NCBI GenBank assembly: GCA_016187025.1
Contig: JACPKM010000001.1
Location: 43,188-107,187 of the forward strand
DNA length: 64,000 bases
Direction: 5' to 3'
Source: Candidatus Daviesbacteria bacterium
GTDB taxonomy: Bacteria > Patescibacteriota > Microgenomatia > Daviesbacterales > UBA10151
Shown here piece after piece: positions 8,154 to 18,181 of the stretch. Below the pieces are notes generated by a model. That model did not search any database. It had not been told where the DNA came from and saw only the letters and a list, made by a program, of their open reading frames with translations. The first letter of the stretch is position 1. Each line of letters starts with the position of its first letter. Made by a program: the position numbers and the translations under genes.

Positions 8154-9925
8154 TTTTTGTATTGCAGATGATACATCTCGACTAACTCTTTAACAGTAGT
8201 TACATCCTCAGGTTGTTTGTCAGCTTCACGGAATTTAACTAACCTGGGAAATCTTAAGGCGTATCCAGGCCCTGAGCCTATTTTGCCAGCTGTATGGACC
8301 GGAGATTTGGTAATTTCATCTGCTAACACCTCTATCACTATTTTCGGTTCCACCCAGACGCTAGGAGTAATTAATGAATTTACCCGTGCTGGTTTCCTTT
8401 GAACTTTGAACTTTGAACTTTGAACTTTGATTTCTCTCCATTCCTCATCGGTTAATCCTGTGCCAATTCTGGAAACTGTCACAAATTCATCTTTGTCTTT
8501 ATCATAAACTCCAACCAGTAATGCCCCTGCCCCAAACTCTGCCCTTTTCCCCCTGCCAAAAATATAACCTAAAATTACGCAATCAATAGTATCCTTAAGC
8601 TCACCTGCCGAGTGCCTCTTTAATTTCACCCAGTTAAAATTCCTGGCTCCTGCCTCATATTTTGAATCAGGTCTTTTGACAACCACTCCTTCCAAACCTT
8701 TGGTTAAGGCATCATTAAAAAGCTCATTTAACCTTTCTTCGTTGTCTACCACCTCTCCGGGCTGCGGAATTAATATTTCATCCCCCTGCAAAACCTTTTT
8801 TAGCTGTTCCATTCTTTCAATTAGCTCCAAGTCCATTAAGGGTTTTCCATCTAGATACATCACATCAAACACAAAAGCCTTTAAAGGCAGGCTCTTTGCC
8901 ATTTCTTCTATGCCATACTTTCTTCTTCTTTTTGTGGTTTCCTGAAAAGGTAAAAATTCTTCTGATTGGGGGTTAAAAGCTAAGGCTTCTGAGTCTAAAA
9001 TGGCTGTTTTGGCTTTAATCTGTTTAATTGTTCCTTCCACAATCTCCGGAAACATGGGAGTAGTTTCCTCTAAGTTTCTGGAAAAAAGCCTGACATTATT
9101 ACCGTCTTTGTGAATTTGCACTCGGAATCCATCATATTTATACTGAACATGAGCATTACCTTCAAACTTTTGCAGGACAGTCTTGGCATCCGGTAATCTT
9201 TCTGCCAACTGGGAGCGGATCGGCCGGCCCACTGTCACATCAAGCTTTTGCACCGCCTCCAACCCCCCACTCCATAAGGTTTCGCCGATCAATCCTAGAT
9301 CAGAAACTTTATTATATGCTCCTTCTAAAAGTTTCCTTTTGGACCTGTCTCCCAGTTTTAGTTTGGCAAAAGCATCCAGAACCGTGGGGTCCCCTATTCC
9401 AAGCCTCGAAACACCAAGTGGAATTCTTACTAAATGCTTTGCAGATATTGGATCAACTTTTTTTAATATATCTGCTAAGGTAGCGACCTTTTTTTCTACT
9501 GTTCCTTCACCGGAAGTTTTAGCAATCCCTGCCAAAGTTTCAAAAATTTCTTTTGTTTCCAATTTAAAAGTTTTAATTTTAAATTTTAAATTCAGCTGTT
9601 GGGCCACTAAACCCATATCTCCTAATTTGCCTAAAAGATTTAATACTTCCTCCTTATCAGCTTTATAAGCTCGACCAACAGCTGCTGCTACCAATTTTTC
9701 ACTCATCCCCATCTCAACAGGCTCGTAAAACGGGGCTACTCTTCCCTGAAGCAGATAACTCACCTTTGCTACCTCATGTTTTTCTACCTTAGAAAAAAGT
9801 TCTGAGAGGATGTCTATCAGGGAGAGTCTCGAGGAAGTAGTTTCTAACCTTTCAAAATAGTCCGCTAACTGCTTAAAAATCATCTCTTTTGGATTGTAGA
9901 TTAAACAAATTAATTTGACAAGCAA
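8150..9925 (-). CDS. lig: ATP-dependent DNA ligase (three-domain Lig1/archaeal type)
   Basis: Adenylation motif I KYDGFRVQIHK; 591 aa with DBD, NTase and OB domain order. Confidence 0.85.
   Translation of the reverse strand: MLVKLICLIYNPKEMIFKQLADYFERLETTSSRLSLIDILSELFSKVEKHEVAKVSYLLQGRVAPFYEPVEMGMSEKLVAAAVGRAYKADKEEVLNLLGKLGDMGLVAQQLNLKFKIKTFKLETKEIFETLAGIAKTSGEGTVEKKVATLADILKKVDPISAKHLVRIPLGVSRLGIGDPTVLDAFAKLKLGDRSKRKLLEGAYNKVSDLGLIGETLWSGGLEAVQKLDVTVGRPIRSQLAERLPDAKTVLQKFEGNAHVQYKYDGFRVQIHKDGNNVRLFSRNLEETTPMFPEIVEGTIKQIKAKTAILDSEALAFNPQSEEFLPFQETTKRRRKYGIEEMAKSLPLKAFVFDVMYLDGKPLMDLELIERMEQLKKVLQGDEILIPQPGEVVDNEERLNELFNDALTKGLEGVVVKRPDSKYEAGARNFNWVKLKRHSAGELKDTIDCVILGYIFGRGKRAEFGAGALLVGVYDKDKDEFVTVSRIGTGLTDEEWREIKVQSSKFKVQRKPARVNSLITPSVWVEPKIVIEVLADEITKSPVHTAGKIGSGPGYALRFPRLVKFREADKQPEDVTTVKELVEMYHLQYKK
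8398..8430. repeat. heptanucleotide tandem repeat (TTTGAAC) x 4.7 inside the ligase CDS
   Basis: tttgaactttgaactttgaactttgaactttga; three heptamers make 21 nt, so the protein carries SSKFKVQ repeats. Confidence 0.8.
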
Positions 9926-9951
9926 ATTACAACTTGTAAAATAGTCCCGTT

Positions 9952-10761
9952 TTGAGTAATAGTATACAAGGAATGTCAGACCAAAAAGCAGAGTTTAACC
10001 AGACAGCATTTAACCCAGCTGACTATGTCCAGCCTGAATTACCCTTGAAGGGTGTAGTTTCTAAAGATAAGCGGTGGTATGAATTGGCAAGAATAGCACA
10101 AGAGGAGCACGACGATATTCTAGCTAATCGACTGCCTAGAGAGATCTATGTAAACAACAGAGCCACTCATGATCGCCAGCAAGAAATACTGGCGGAACAG
10201 ATAGGTATCGATCCCTTGACCTTACTTCCAAACAGGGCATCTTTTGATGAAAGGTTAACTGTCCTTGTTAGTGACGCCAGAAGGACCAAAAGGGCAGTGA
10301 ATGTACTCTTTATGGATATGGATAGATTCAAAGAGATAAATGATTTAGCTGACCATGATACAGGTGATTTGATACTGCAAAAGATGGCCCAAGCCATGAA
10401 TGATGTTTTCCACCGGGGTTCAGATTTAAAATCAAGAAGAGGCGGAGATGAGTTTACTGCCGGATTAGTGGATACAGATTTAAAAAATACGGTTATGCTC
10501 TGCAGAAAACTTCAGGCTGTTTTTGATAATCTACAAGATCAGGTTTCTGCTCAAAGAGTCAAAGACAGACAATCCCCTCTTCCTAACAAAGTCACCTTAA
10601 GTATTGGGATTGCCCCTTTTAACGGTCAAGATCCGGCGGCTTTAATAACACAAGCTGATGGAGCTATGTATTCAGCCAAAAAAAGTAATACCCCGGGTAG
10701 TATTCATATTGCCCATCAAGGACAATTTATAGATGCTGAGGAACTTCTTAAAGCAGCATAA
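9952..10761 (+). CDS. GGDEF-domain diguanylate cyclase (no obvious sensor domain)
   Basis: RRGGDEFTAGL GGDEF motif; 269 aa. Confidence 0.8.
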   Translation: MSNSIQGMSDQKAEFNQTAFNPADYVQPELPLKGVVSKDKRWYELARIAQEEHDDILANRLPREIYVNNRATHDRQQEILAEQIGIDPLTLLPNRASFDERLTVLVSDARRTKRAVNVLFMDMDRFKEINDLADHDTGDLILQKMAQAMNDVFHRGSDLKSRRGGDEFTAGLVDTDLKNTVMLCRKLQAVFDNLQDQVSAQRVKDRQSPLPNKVTLSIGIAPFNGQDPAALITQADGAMYSAKKSNTPGSIHIAHQGQFIDAEELLKAA

Positions 10762-11103
10762 ATCCCCTTATAAAATGAATTAGAAGCATAAATAAGGTAT
10801 AATTCGCTCTATGAGAAATATACGTACCCCAAAACAGATTACTACTACCGATCTCCGTAACCCTAAACTGTTAAGCCGTTTCGTAAGAGCTTTGGTGAGG
10901 AAGCCTTTTCCAAACTATGGGGATATAAAAACAGGAGCGATATCACCAGACTCAGCAGCTGTTCAGTTAAGAAATACACGAAAGCAGATTCGATCTTTTG
11001 TTGAATCTTTATTTAGCCACGGGCTTACAATAGAGGAGATCAGAACCGAGGTTGAAGGCGTTGTACATCCTCACGGCGGAAACCTAGAAAAAGAGGGGTA
11101 AGC

Positions 11104-12180
11104 CTACTTTAAAACATATGTAGCTTTTTTGGTTCCACCTACTTTTTTAACCAACCCCTTTTGCTTTAAAAACTTCAGCTCCCGCAGGACTGTGTCATCT
11201 GAGTAGTCCGGAAAGATTTTCCTGAAATCTTTATTTTGCATACTCTTGTGCTTGTGTAAAAACTCAATAATGGACATCTGGCGCTCATTTAACTCAACTT
11301 GGCCTCCCAGCTGATCTTTTAGTGACACGTCAACAGATATTCGTTGCACTTTCTCCTTTACCCTATTTAGCTCAATTGCTACACCCTCAATAAAGTATTC
11401 AAGCCAAGGGGTGAGATCCCGTTCATGGGTATCTAAAACCAGCTGATTAGAAACAGCTTGTAAAGTCAGGTAATAGTTCATTGGATTTTCATCAAAATAC
11501 TCTTCAAAAGAGAAAAACTTTCTTATATCGTAGTTATCTAAAAACATCACTAAAGTAGCCACAGCCCTTGCTACCCTGCCATTACCATCGACAAACGGAT
11601 GAATCCTGGCAAGCTCGTAATGAATAATTCCTGCTTTAATAACGGGGTGAATCTCTTTTGTCTCATCTGTATTGATCCAATTAACCAAATCCTCTATCAA
11701 GTAAGGTACTTCCACTGCTGGAGGAGGTGTATAAGAAATTTGTCCGGTCTTGGTATTCCGGATTACTACTTGACGGAATCTGAATTTGCCCACCGCATCC
11801 TCGGGCAAAATCTTTTCTGTGGTAAGTTTGTGAATTTCCAGGATGGTTTCGATATTTAATATATACCTGCCACTTCTACCCAACTGCTCAGCAATTGTAT
11901 CAATAAACCTTAAAACATTCCGGTAATTGAGAATTTCCTGAATATCCCTATCTCTTGCCAGGATCTCTTGTCCATCCAACACTTCCCTCACCTCCTCTTG
12001 AGATAAGGGATTACCCTCCAAATGAGTTCCATGATGAATAAACCTTTCTGCTGCTTCTTTTCTGAATTTGGCTTCCCAAACAGGAATCAGAGGTGCGTTG
12101 ATAATTACCTCCCGAGAAGCATCAATCCTGCCGACATTTCTTAGAATATTGTTAGAAATTGTATATTTAGGTACAAACAT
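11104..12180 (-). CDS. Fic-family protein with a C-terminal wHTH
   Basis: Fic motif HPFVDGNGRVARA; C-terminal winged helix. Confidence 0.8.
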   Translation of the reverse strand: MFVPKYTISNNILRNVGRIDASREVIINAPLIPVWEAKFRKEAAERFIHHGTHLEGNPLSQEEVREVLDGQEILARDRDIQEILNYRNVLRFIDTIAEQLGRSGRYILNIETILEIHKLTTEKILPEDAVGKFRFRQVVIRNTKTGQISYTPPPAVEVPYLIEDLVNWINTDETKEIHPVIKAGIIHYELARIHPFVDGNGRVARAVATLVMFLDNYDIRKFFSFEEYFDENPMNYYLTLQAVSNQLVLDTHERDLTPWLEYFIEGVAIELNRVKEKVQRISVDVSLKDQLGGQVELNERQMSIIEFLHKHKSMQNKDFRKIFPDYSDDTVLRELKFLKQKGLVKKVGGTKKATYVLK

Positions 12181-12276
12181 AAGTCAGGTTTAGGTTGTAG
12201 CGGGTAGGTGGTAGTTTCTGTAATTGCTACAACCTAAAACCTACAACATCATTTTGTCATATTTCCCGCAAAAAAT

Positions 12277-15200
12277 CTAACATGCAACATACTCATCCCA
12301 GCATTTGATATTAAGCTCATCTGCCTTTTTGCAAGATATAGCTAAAATAAACTCTGTTGCAGATTGTAAATTAGTCAAAAGCGGCACTCCTGTATCAATA
12401 CACACCCTTCTTATCACATATCCATCCCGCTGATCAGAGGCAGACTCTCCAGGAATACTAATGTTGATAGCCAAATCTACCCGGTTGTTACTAACTAAAT
12501 CTATTGCCGAAGGCGATCTGCCCTCAGATATTTTAAACACTCTAGTATTTTTAATCCCATGATCTTTGAGAAGTTGCGAGGTATTTTTGGTAGCATAGAT
12601 TTTTAAATTTAGCTTTGAGATTTCTTGTGCTGCTTCCAAAAACTCCATCTTATTTTTATCTCCTCCTATCGAAACAAATACCCCCTTTTGAGGAATCTTT
12701 CCACCAGTTGACAATATTGCTTTAAGAAAAGCTTCATGTAGATCTTCTCCAAAACAGCCCACTTCCCCAGTAGACAACATCTCCACCCGAAGCTTTGGAT
12801 CGGCTCCTTTTATCCTATTAAAGGAAAACTGAGACGCTTTTACTCCTACATAGTCTAAATTTAAAGTATTAAAGACACAATCTAGCCTATTACCTAAAAT
12901 TGCCTCAACTGCAATCTCCACAAAGTTATTTTTGGTTACTTTTGACACAAATGGGAAAGACCTGGAAGCCCTTAAATTAAGCTCAATTACCATCACTTTA
13001 TTGTCTTTTGCCAAAAATTGAATATTAAATGGCCCGGTAATATCCAGAGCCTTTATTATGGCTCTGGCATCATTTTTAACCTGCCTTATTGTTTCTATAA
13101 AAAGCCTTTGAGGTGGTAAAACCAAGGTTGCATCTCCTGAATGAACTCCGGCATTTTCTATATGCTCAGAAATAGCATAAATCACCAGCTCCCCGTTACT
13201 GGCAACTCCATCAATTTCAATTTCTTTTGCATTTTCTATAAATTTTGATATAACAACAGGGTATTTAGGAGAAACTTGTGTAGCTTGTGTTAAATACCTT
13301 TTAAGCTCCGGTACAGAGTAAGCTACATTCATCGCGCTTCCTGATAAAACATATGAAGGCCTCACCATTACCGGAAAGCCAATTTTTTTGGAAAAAGCAT
13401 GTGCCACCTCTGAGTTTTTTAACTCCTGCCAAGCAGGTTGTGAAATATTTAAGCTATCCAGTAATTTACTAAACTTGTGTCTATTTTCTGCAATATCAAT
13501 ACTAACTGGATCTGTTCCCAGAATTGGAACTTTTTTCTCATATAAAGGAATTGCTAGATTATTAGGAATTTGTCCACCAAAGCTCAAAACTATTTTTCCT
13601 CCTTCCAAATCATAAATATCCAATACTCTTTCCAAGGTAAGCTCTTCAAAATAAAGCTTGTCTGCATTATCATAATCTGTTGAAACCGTTTCAGGATTAC
13701 AGTTTATGATTATTGTTTCCCAGCCCTTTTTCTTAAAAGAAAGTGCTGCTGTTACACAACACCAGTCAAACTCTACTGATGATCCAATCCTATACGGCCC
13801 AGAACCTAATACGATTACCTTCCTTCTTTCCCCCTTTCCACTTTCCCCTTGTTCTGACTCCTCTCCATGGTAAGTTAAATACAAATAATTAGTTTTAGCA
13901 GGATATTCAGCTGCCAGTGTATCGATGTGCTTAACCTTTGGTAAAATAGCCCACCCTTTTCTTAACTGCCTTATATCTTGTTCATCTTTCTTAAATACCT
14001 GAGCAATCAAATTATCTGAAAAACCTAATTTTTTTGCCTGAAGAAGATTATGCTTACTGAGCTTAAGTTTTTTTTCTTTTAATCTCTTTTCAAAATTAAC
14101 AATTTCCAAAAGCTGATAAAGATACCACCTATCAACACCTGTTTCATTATAAATTTCATCAACTGAGGTGCCTTTGGCCAGTTCTCCTGCTACCGAAAAA
14201 ATTCTTTGTGTATTTGGAGAAAGTAACTTCTTAGAAGAAACATTTATTTTTGATTTTCCACCAAGCAGGCCATCCTGACCATTTCCCAAAGATCTTATGG
14301 CTTTTTGTAAGCTTTCAGGAAAGCTTCTACCTATGGCCATTACCTCCCCCACGCTTTTCATCTCAGATCCAATGGTCTCTGATGCTCCAACAAATTTTTG
14401 TAAATCCCACTTTGGCACTTTTACCACAATATAGTCCAAGCTTGGCTCAAAAAAGGCTGAGGTTGATTTAGTGACACTGTTTTTCAACTCAGAGAGTGTA
14501 TACCCCAGGCCAATTTTGGCAGCAACATATGCCAAAGGATAACCAGTAGCTTTTGATGCAAGAGCTGAGGAGCGCGAAAGCCTGGCATTCACCTCAATCA
14601 CTCTGTATTCATTGCTTTGGGGATTTAGAGCAAACTGGATATTACACTCTCCCACAATCTTTAGCTGTTCAATTACTTTCAAAGATATCTGCCGTAACAG
14701 ATGATATTGGTAGTTGTTTAAAGTTTGCGAAGGTGCAACTACAATACTCTCCCCTGTATGTATTCCCAATGGATCCAAGTTTTCCATATTACAAACAGTA
14801 ATCTTGTTACCCTCGCCATCCCTGACTATTTCGTATTCAATTTCCTTCCAATGTTTTAAATATTCCTCAATTGCGACCTGAGGTGCATGTTTTAAGGCTT
14901 TAGAGACCACCTGAGTTAACTCTTTTTGGTTGTAAACAACAGCTGAGCCCAATCCTCCCAAAGAGTACCCGGATCTAACTAAAAGAGGAAATTGTAAATT
15001 CTTAATAACTTCTAAGACCTCGTTTAGACTACTGGCAAAACCGCCTTTGGGGATCAAAACACCAATTTTTTCCAACTCCATGGCAAAAAGTTTTCTATCT
15101 TCAGTAATTTCGATGGTTTTTGCTGCTGTTCCTAAAACTTTGACATGGTTTTTTTCCAAAATACCTGATTTTGCCAAACTTAAACCACAATTAAGGGCAG

Positions 15201-15471
15201 TCTGGCCACCAAATGACAAGAAGATCCCATCGGGTTTTTCTTTTTTGATTACTTTTTCCACAAAGAAAGGATTGACCGGCAAAAAATAAACCTTATCTGC
15301 CAAAGATTGAGAGGTTTGGATTGTGGCAATATTAGGATTTATCAAAACTGTTTCAACGCTTTCTTCTTTTAAGGCCTTTAGTGCCTGAGAACCAGAGTAA
15401 TCAAACTCTCCTGCCTCCCCTATTTTCAGGGCCCCCGAGCCCAATACCAGTACTTTCCTCAATTTATTCAT
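12277..15471 (-). CDS. carB: carbamoyl-phosphate synthase large subunit
   Basis: 1064 aa with duplicated ATP-grasp halves and an MGS-like C-terminus. It contains the GESGKGE motif described in the findings. Confidence 0.95.
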   Translation of the reverse strand: MNKLRKVLVLGSGALKIGEAGEFDYSGSQALKALKEESVETVLINPNIATIQTSQSLADKVYFLPVNPFFVEKVIKKEKPDGIFLSFGGQTALNCGLSLAKSGILEKNHVKVLGTAAKTIEITEDRKLFAMELEKIGVLIPKGGFASSLNEVLEVIKNLQFPLLVRSGYSLGGLGSAVVYNQKELTQVVSKALKHAPQVAIEEYLKHWKEIEYEIVRDGEGNKITVCNMENLDPLGIHTGESIVVAPSQTLNNYQYHLLRQISLKVIEQLKIVGECNIQFALNPQSNEYRVIEVNARLSRSSALASKATGYPLAYVAAKIGLGYTLSELKNSVTKSTSAFFEPSLDYIVVKVPKWDLQKFVGASETIGSEMKSVGEVMAIGRSFPESLQKAIRSLGNGQDGLLGGKSKINVSSKKLLSPNTQRIFSVAGELAKGTSVDEIYNETGVDRWYLYQLLEIVNFEKRLKEKKLKLSKHNLLQAKKLGFSDNLIAQVFKKDEQDIRQLRKGWAILPKVKHIDTLAAEYPAKTNYLYLTYHGEESEQGESGKGERRKVIVLGSGPYRIGSSVEFDWCCVTAALSFKKKGWETIIINCNPETVSTDYDNADKLYFEELTLERVLDIYDLEGGKIVLSFGGQIPNNLAIPLYEKKVPILGTDPVSIDIAENRHKFSKLLDSLNISQPAWQELKNSEVAHAFSKKIGFPVMVRPSYVLSGSAMNVAYSVPELKRYLTQATQVSPKYPVVISKFIENAKEIEIDGVASNGELVIYAISEHIENAGVHSGDATLVLPPQRLFIETIRQVKNDARAIIKALDITGPFNIQFLAKDNKVMVIELNLRASRSFPFVSKVTKNNFVEIAVEAILGNRLDCVFNTLNLDYVGVKASQFSFNRIKGADPKLRVEMLSTGEVGCFGEDLHEAFLKAILSTGGKIPQKGVFVSIGGDKNKMEFLEAAQEISKLNLKIYATKNTSQLLKDHGIKNTRVFKISEGRSPSAIDLVSNNRVDLAINISIPGESASDQRDGYVIRRVCIDTGVPLLTNLQSATEFILAISCKKADELNIKCWDEYVAC

Positions 15472-15498
15472 AATTTAATATAAAATTACTCTTAGCTG

Positions 15499-16542
15499 CT
15501 AAAGATAAGTTAAAAATTCATCAAACAAATATCCCCCATCAGTTGGACCTGGGCTTGCTTCAGGATGAAACTGAACTGATAAGAATGGTTTTTTGACATG
15601 TCTTACCCCTTCATTTGTGCCATCATTTAAGTTTATAAACCATTCTTGCCAATTATTCGAAAGAGTTTTGCTACTGATGGCAAAACCATGATTTTGAGAG
15701 GTGATAATAGCCTTTTTTGAAATCAAATCTTTAACTGGCTGATTTTGGCCTCTATGACCAAATTTCAATTTATAGGTATCAGCCCCAGCTGCTAGTCCCA
15801 AAAGCTGACTTCCTAAACATATACCAAAAGTAGGAACATTCTCATCAATTAATTGCCTGATTGTATCAATTGTCTCTTTGGCTTGCTTTGGGTCTCCCGG
15901 ACCATTAGAAATCATGACCCCATCAAAGTTTAAGTTGTTTTTTATAGGGTTAAAGTTCCAGGGAACTACTGTTATTTTAACTTTTCTTTTTAAAAAGCTT
16001 TTTATGATATTTGATTTGGCTCCACAATCTATCAAAATAATATGTTTTTTTCCTTCCCCAAATGTTTGCGGTTTATCTACACTGACAAAAGGCAATACAT
16101 TTTCTTTATTCGGATCATAACTTTCCCCCTTTCCGCTTTCCCCTGACTCAATTCTTCCCAGCATCACTCCCCTTTCCCTTAATTTTCTTACCAAAAATCT
16201 GGTGTCAATATTAAAAAGCCCAGGAATATTATCTTTTTTTAGCCAATCACTTAAAGTTTTTTGACTTTCAAAATGAGATGGGGTGTCAATATAATTTTGT
16301 ACAATTACTCCCTTAACCTGAATTTTTTTAGATTCCCAATACTTTGTATCTGGAATTCCATAATTTCCCACTAAAGGATAAGTTAAAACAAGAATCTGAC
16401 CATAATAAGAAGGGTCGGTCAGGCTTTCCACATAACCCACCATTCCTGTGTTAAAAACCACCTCTCCGGAAATGTTTGTGATAGCCCCAAAAAAATCACC
16501 TTCAAATGTGTTTTGATCTGCTAGTATTAATTTACCTTTCAT
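15499..16542 (-). CDS. carA: carbamoyl-phosphate synthase small subunit (glutamine amidotransferase)
   Basis: CarA N-domain followed by a class I GATase (GICLGSQ...HRG...NHG). Confidence 0.9.
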   Translation of the reverse strand: MKGKLILADQNTFEGDFFGAITNISGEVVFNTGMVGYVESLTDPSYYGQILVLTYPLVGNYGIPDTKYWESKKIQVKGVIVQNYIDTPSHFESQKTLSDWLKKDNIPGLFNIDTRFLVRKLRERGVMLGRIESGESGKGESYDPNKENVLPFVSVDKPQTFGEGKKHIILIDCGAKSNIIKSFLKRKVKITVVPWNFNPIKNNLNFDGVMISNGPGDPKQAKETIDTIRQLIDENVPTFGICLGSQLLGLAAGADTYKLKFGHRGQNQPVKDLISKKAIITSQNHGFAISSKTLSNNWQEWFINLNDGTNEGVRHVKKPFLSVQFHPEASPGPTDGGYLFDEFLTYL

Positions 16543-16550
16543 AATTTTCC

Positions 16551-16576
16551 AAAAAAATACCGCCCCTAAGGCGGTC
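16551..16576 (-). terminator. intrinsic-terminator-like hairpin plus U7 tract, 9 nt upstream of the carA start codon
   Basis: Minus strand GACCGCC-UUAGG-GGCGGU followed by AUUUUUUUGG, then the carA ATG. This is attenuator-like architecture. Confidence 0.45.
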
Positions 16577-16633
16577 TTGCAATTACTTTATAACAAAACC
16601 AGTAATATATTTAAACATGAAATCAAGGGTGAT

Positions 16634-16736
16634 AATGAACTACCCTGCAGCAGAGCTGCGAGGTATCGCAAGCGAAAGTTCTTGTTACCAAGTTGTAACC
16701 GCGCAGTAAACTGCTCGGTATTATGTAACAATAAAG
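16634..16736. ncRNA. conserved structured RNA-like element, copy 1 (unassigned family)
   Basis: AATGAACTACCCTGCAGC...GTAACAATAAAG. It shares its ends, order and helices with 37196-37361. Compensatory changes are seen (UCGC/GCGA versus UCGU/ACGA; GUUAC/GUAAC versus GUUAC/GUGAC). Confidence 0.35.
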
Positions 16737-16794
16737 AAGAAGTACCATTCCGTCAACCCCTTAAATTGAAGGTTGTGTTAAAATATCAGATAGA

Positions 16795-17073
16795 ATGGCT
16801 AAAAATAAAGCAAAGGGGGGAAGCCAAAGTAAACGGTTCCATGAAGAGCTGATAGATAGAATGCTAGCCCTTGCAACCTCCGGTTTCGGACTTGTTGCAG
16901 CCCTTGCCTGGAATGAAACAATCCAGGCTTTTGTCCAGGATTATATCCAAAAATATTTCCCTCAATCATATGGTTTAATCTCAAAACTTTTATATGCCGT
17001 CTTAATAACTATTTTTGCTGTTTTTATTACCTACCAACTATCAAAACTTTCCGCCAAATTCAATAAACCGTAG
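16795..17073 (+). CDS. small membrane protein (hypothetical)
   Basis: 92 aa with two predicted TM segments and an RBS-like GGGGGAAG nearby. Confidence 0.3.
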   Translation: MAKNKAKGGSQSKRFHEELIDRMLALATSGFGLVAALAWNETIQAFVQDYIQKYFPQSYGLISKLLYAVLITIFAVFITYQLSKLSAKFNKP

Positions 17074-17086
17074 GTTATAAACTTAC

Positions 17087-18181
17087 TTAAATAATCTGTC
17101 CATTATCTACTTTTAAAATCCTGGCTGAATCTAAAAACTCTTGTGGGATATTTTCTAACTCCACTGTTGAGATAATTGTCTGCTGTCTTGAAACTATGCT
17201 TACAACATATGCCCGATGAGCAGCATCCAACTCTGAAAACACATCATCTAAAAGCAGGACCGGCCTTTTACCTAGTTTACCCGCCATAAACTCCAGCTGG
17301 GCTAGTTTGAAAGCTAGGGTGGCAGTTCTTTGCTCTCCCCGAGACCCGAAGTGGGATAAATGCCTGCCATTTAACTCCATACTATAATCATCACGGTGCG
17401 GTCCGATCAAAGTTGCTGCTGCAGCAATTTCTCTGCTTTGGCTACCAGCTAGTTTTTCTGAAGATATTTCTGACTTTTGATATTTAAAACCAAAATCCCC
17501 TAAAGGATCTTCTAAAGACCTGACAAACTCAAAAAAATCTTGTCTTTTGCTTTGTATAAGATATGCATTAGTTAATAAACCTTGTGTCCAATAGGCCAAC
17601 TCATCTGCCTTTCCTTCACCTTCTCTTATTTTTTTCAACACTCTATTTCTGGCTGTTAAAAACTGCTCATATAAACTCAGAGCTCTCTTATACTCACTAT
17701 CAACTTGGGCCAAAGACACATCTAAATGCCATCTTCGCAGTGAGGGGCTACCTGTGACCATTTCAATATCTGATGGATAAAAAATCACGGCTGGTAGATT
17801 ACCCACAAAATCAACAACTCTTCTGGGTATACCATTTACCAAAACTTTCTTTTTAAACTCTTCCTGACCCTTTTGTTGGCGATTTAATACAATTACTAAC
17901 TCTGTCTTGTCATTTTCTCTATCTTCTAAGCTTGCTTCTACTCTTGAAAAGGGCTCAGCTTCCCTAATCAACTCATATTCTATTTCTACTCTTGTTGATT
18001 TGGTTGTTGATAAAAAATAGATAGCTTCTAAAACATTAGACTTTCCGGCAGCATTGTTTCCCAGCAGAACAGTTGTACGGTTATCAAAGTCTAAATTAAG
18101 CTGAGAGTAGTTTCTAAAATTGGTTAAGTGGAGGCTTTTTAAAAACATGAGAAATAATGCTATTTTTGGCACGTCGGACAA
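17087..18181 (-). CDS. recF: DNA replication and repair protein RecF
   Basis: Walker A GNNAAGKSNVLEA and the SMC-like signature LLLDDVFSELD. The real start is probably the internal MFLKSLHL. Confidence 0.8.
   Translation of the reverse strand: MSDVPKIALFLMFLKSLHLTNFRNYSQLNLDFDNRTTVLLGNNAAGKSNVLEAIYFLSTTKSTRVEIEYELIREAEPFSRVEASLEDRENDKTELVIVLNRQQKGQEEFKKKVLVNGIPRRVVDFVGNLPAVIFYPSDIEMVTGSPSLRRWHLDVSLAQVDSEYKRALSLYEQFLTARNRVLKKIREGEGKADELAYWTQGLLTNAYLIQSKRQDFFEFVRSLEDPLGDFGFKYQKSEISSEKLAGSQSREIAAAATLIGPHRDDYSMELNGRHLSHFGSRGEQRTATLAFKLAQLEFMAGKLGKRPVLLLDDVFSELDAAHRAYVVSIVSRQQTIISTVELENIPQEFLDSARILKVDNGQII

Noticed and set aside
16577-16852. ORF 16577..16852 (91 aa) and ORF 37027..37215 (62 aa)
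   Set aside because: They overlap the conserved structured RNA-like elements and, for the second, the tRNA 3' end. Their translations are Cys/Arg-rich nonsense typical of frames read through structured RNA.
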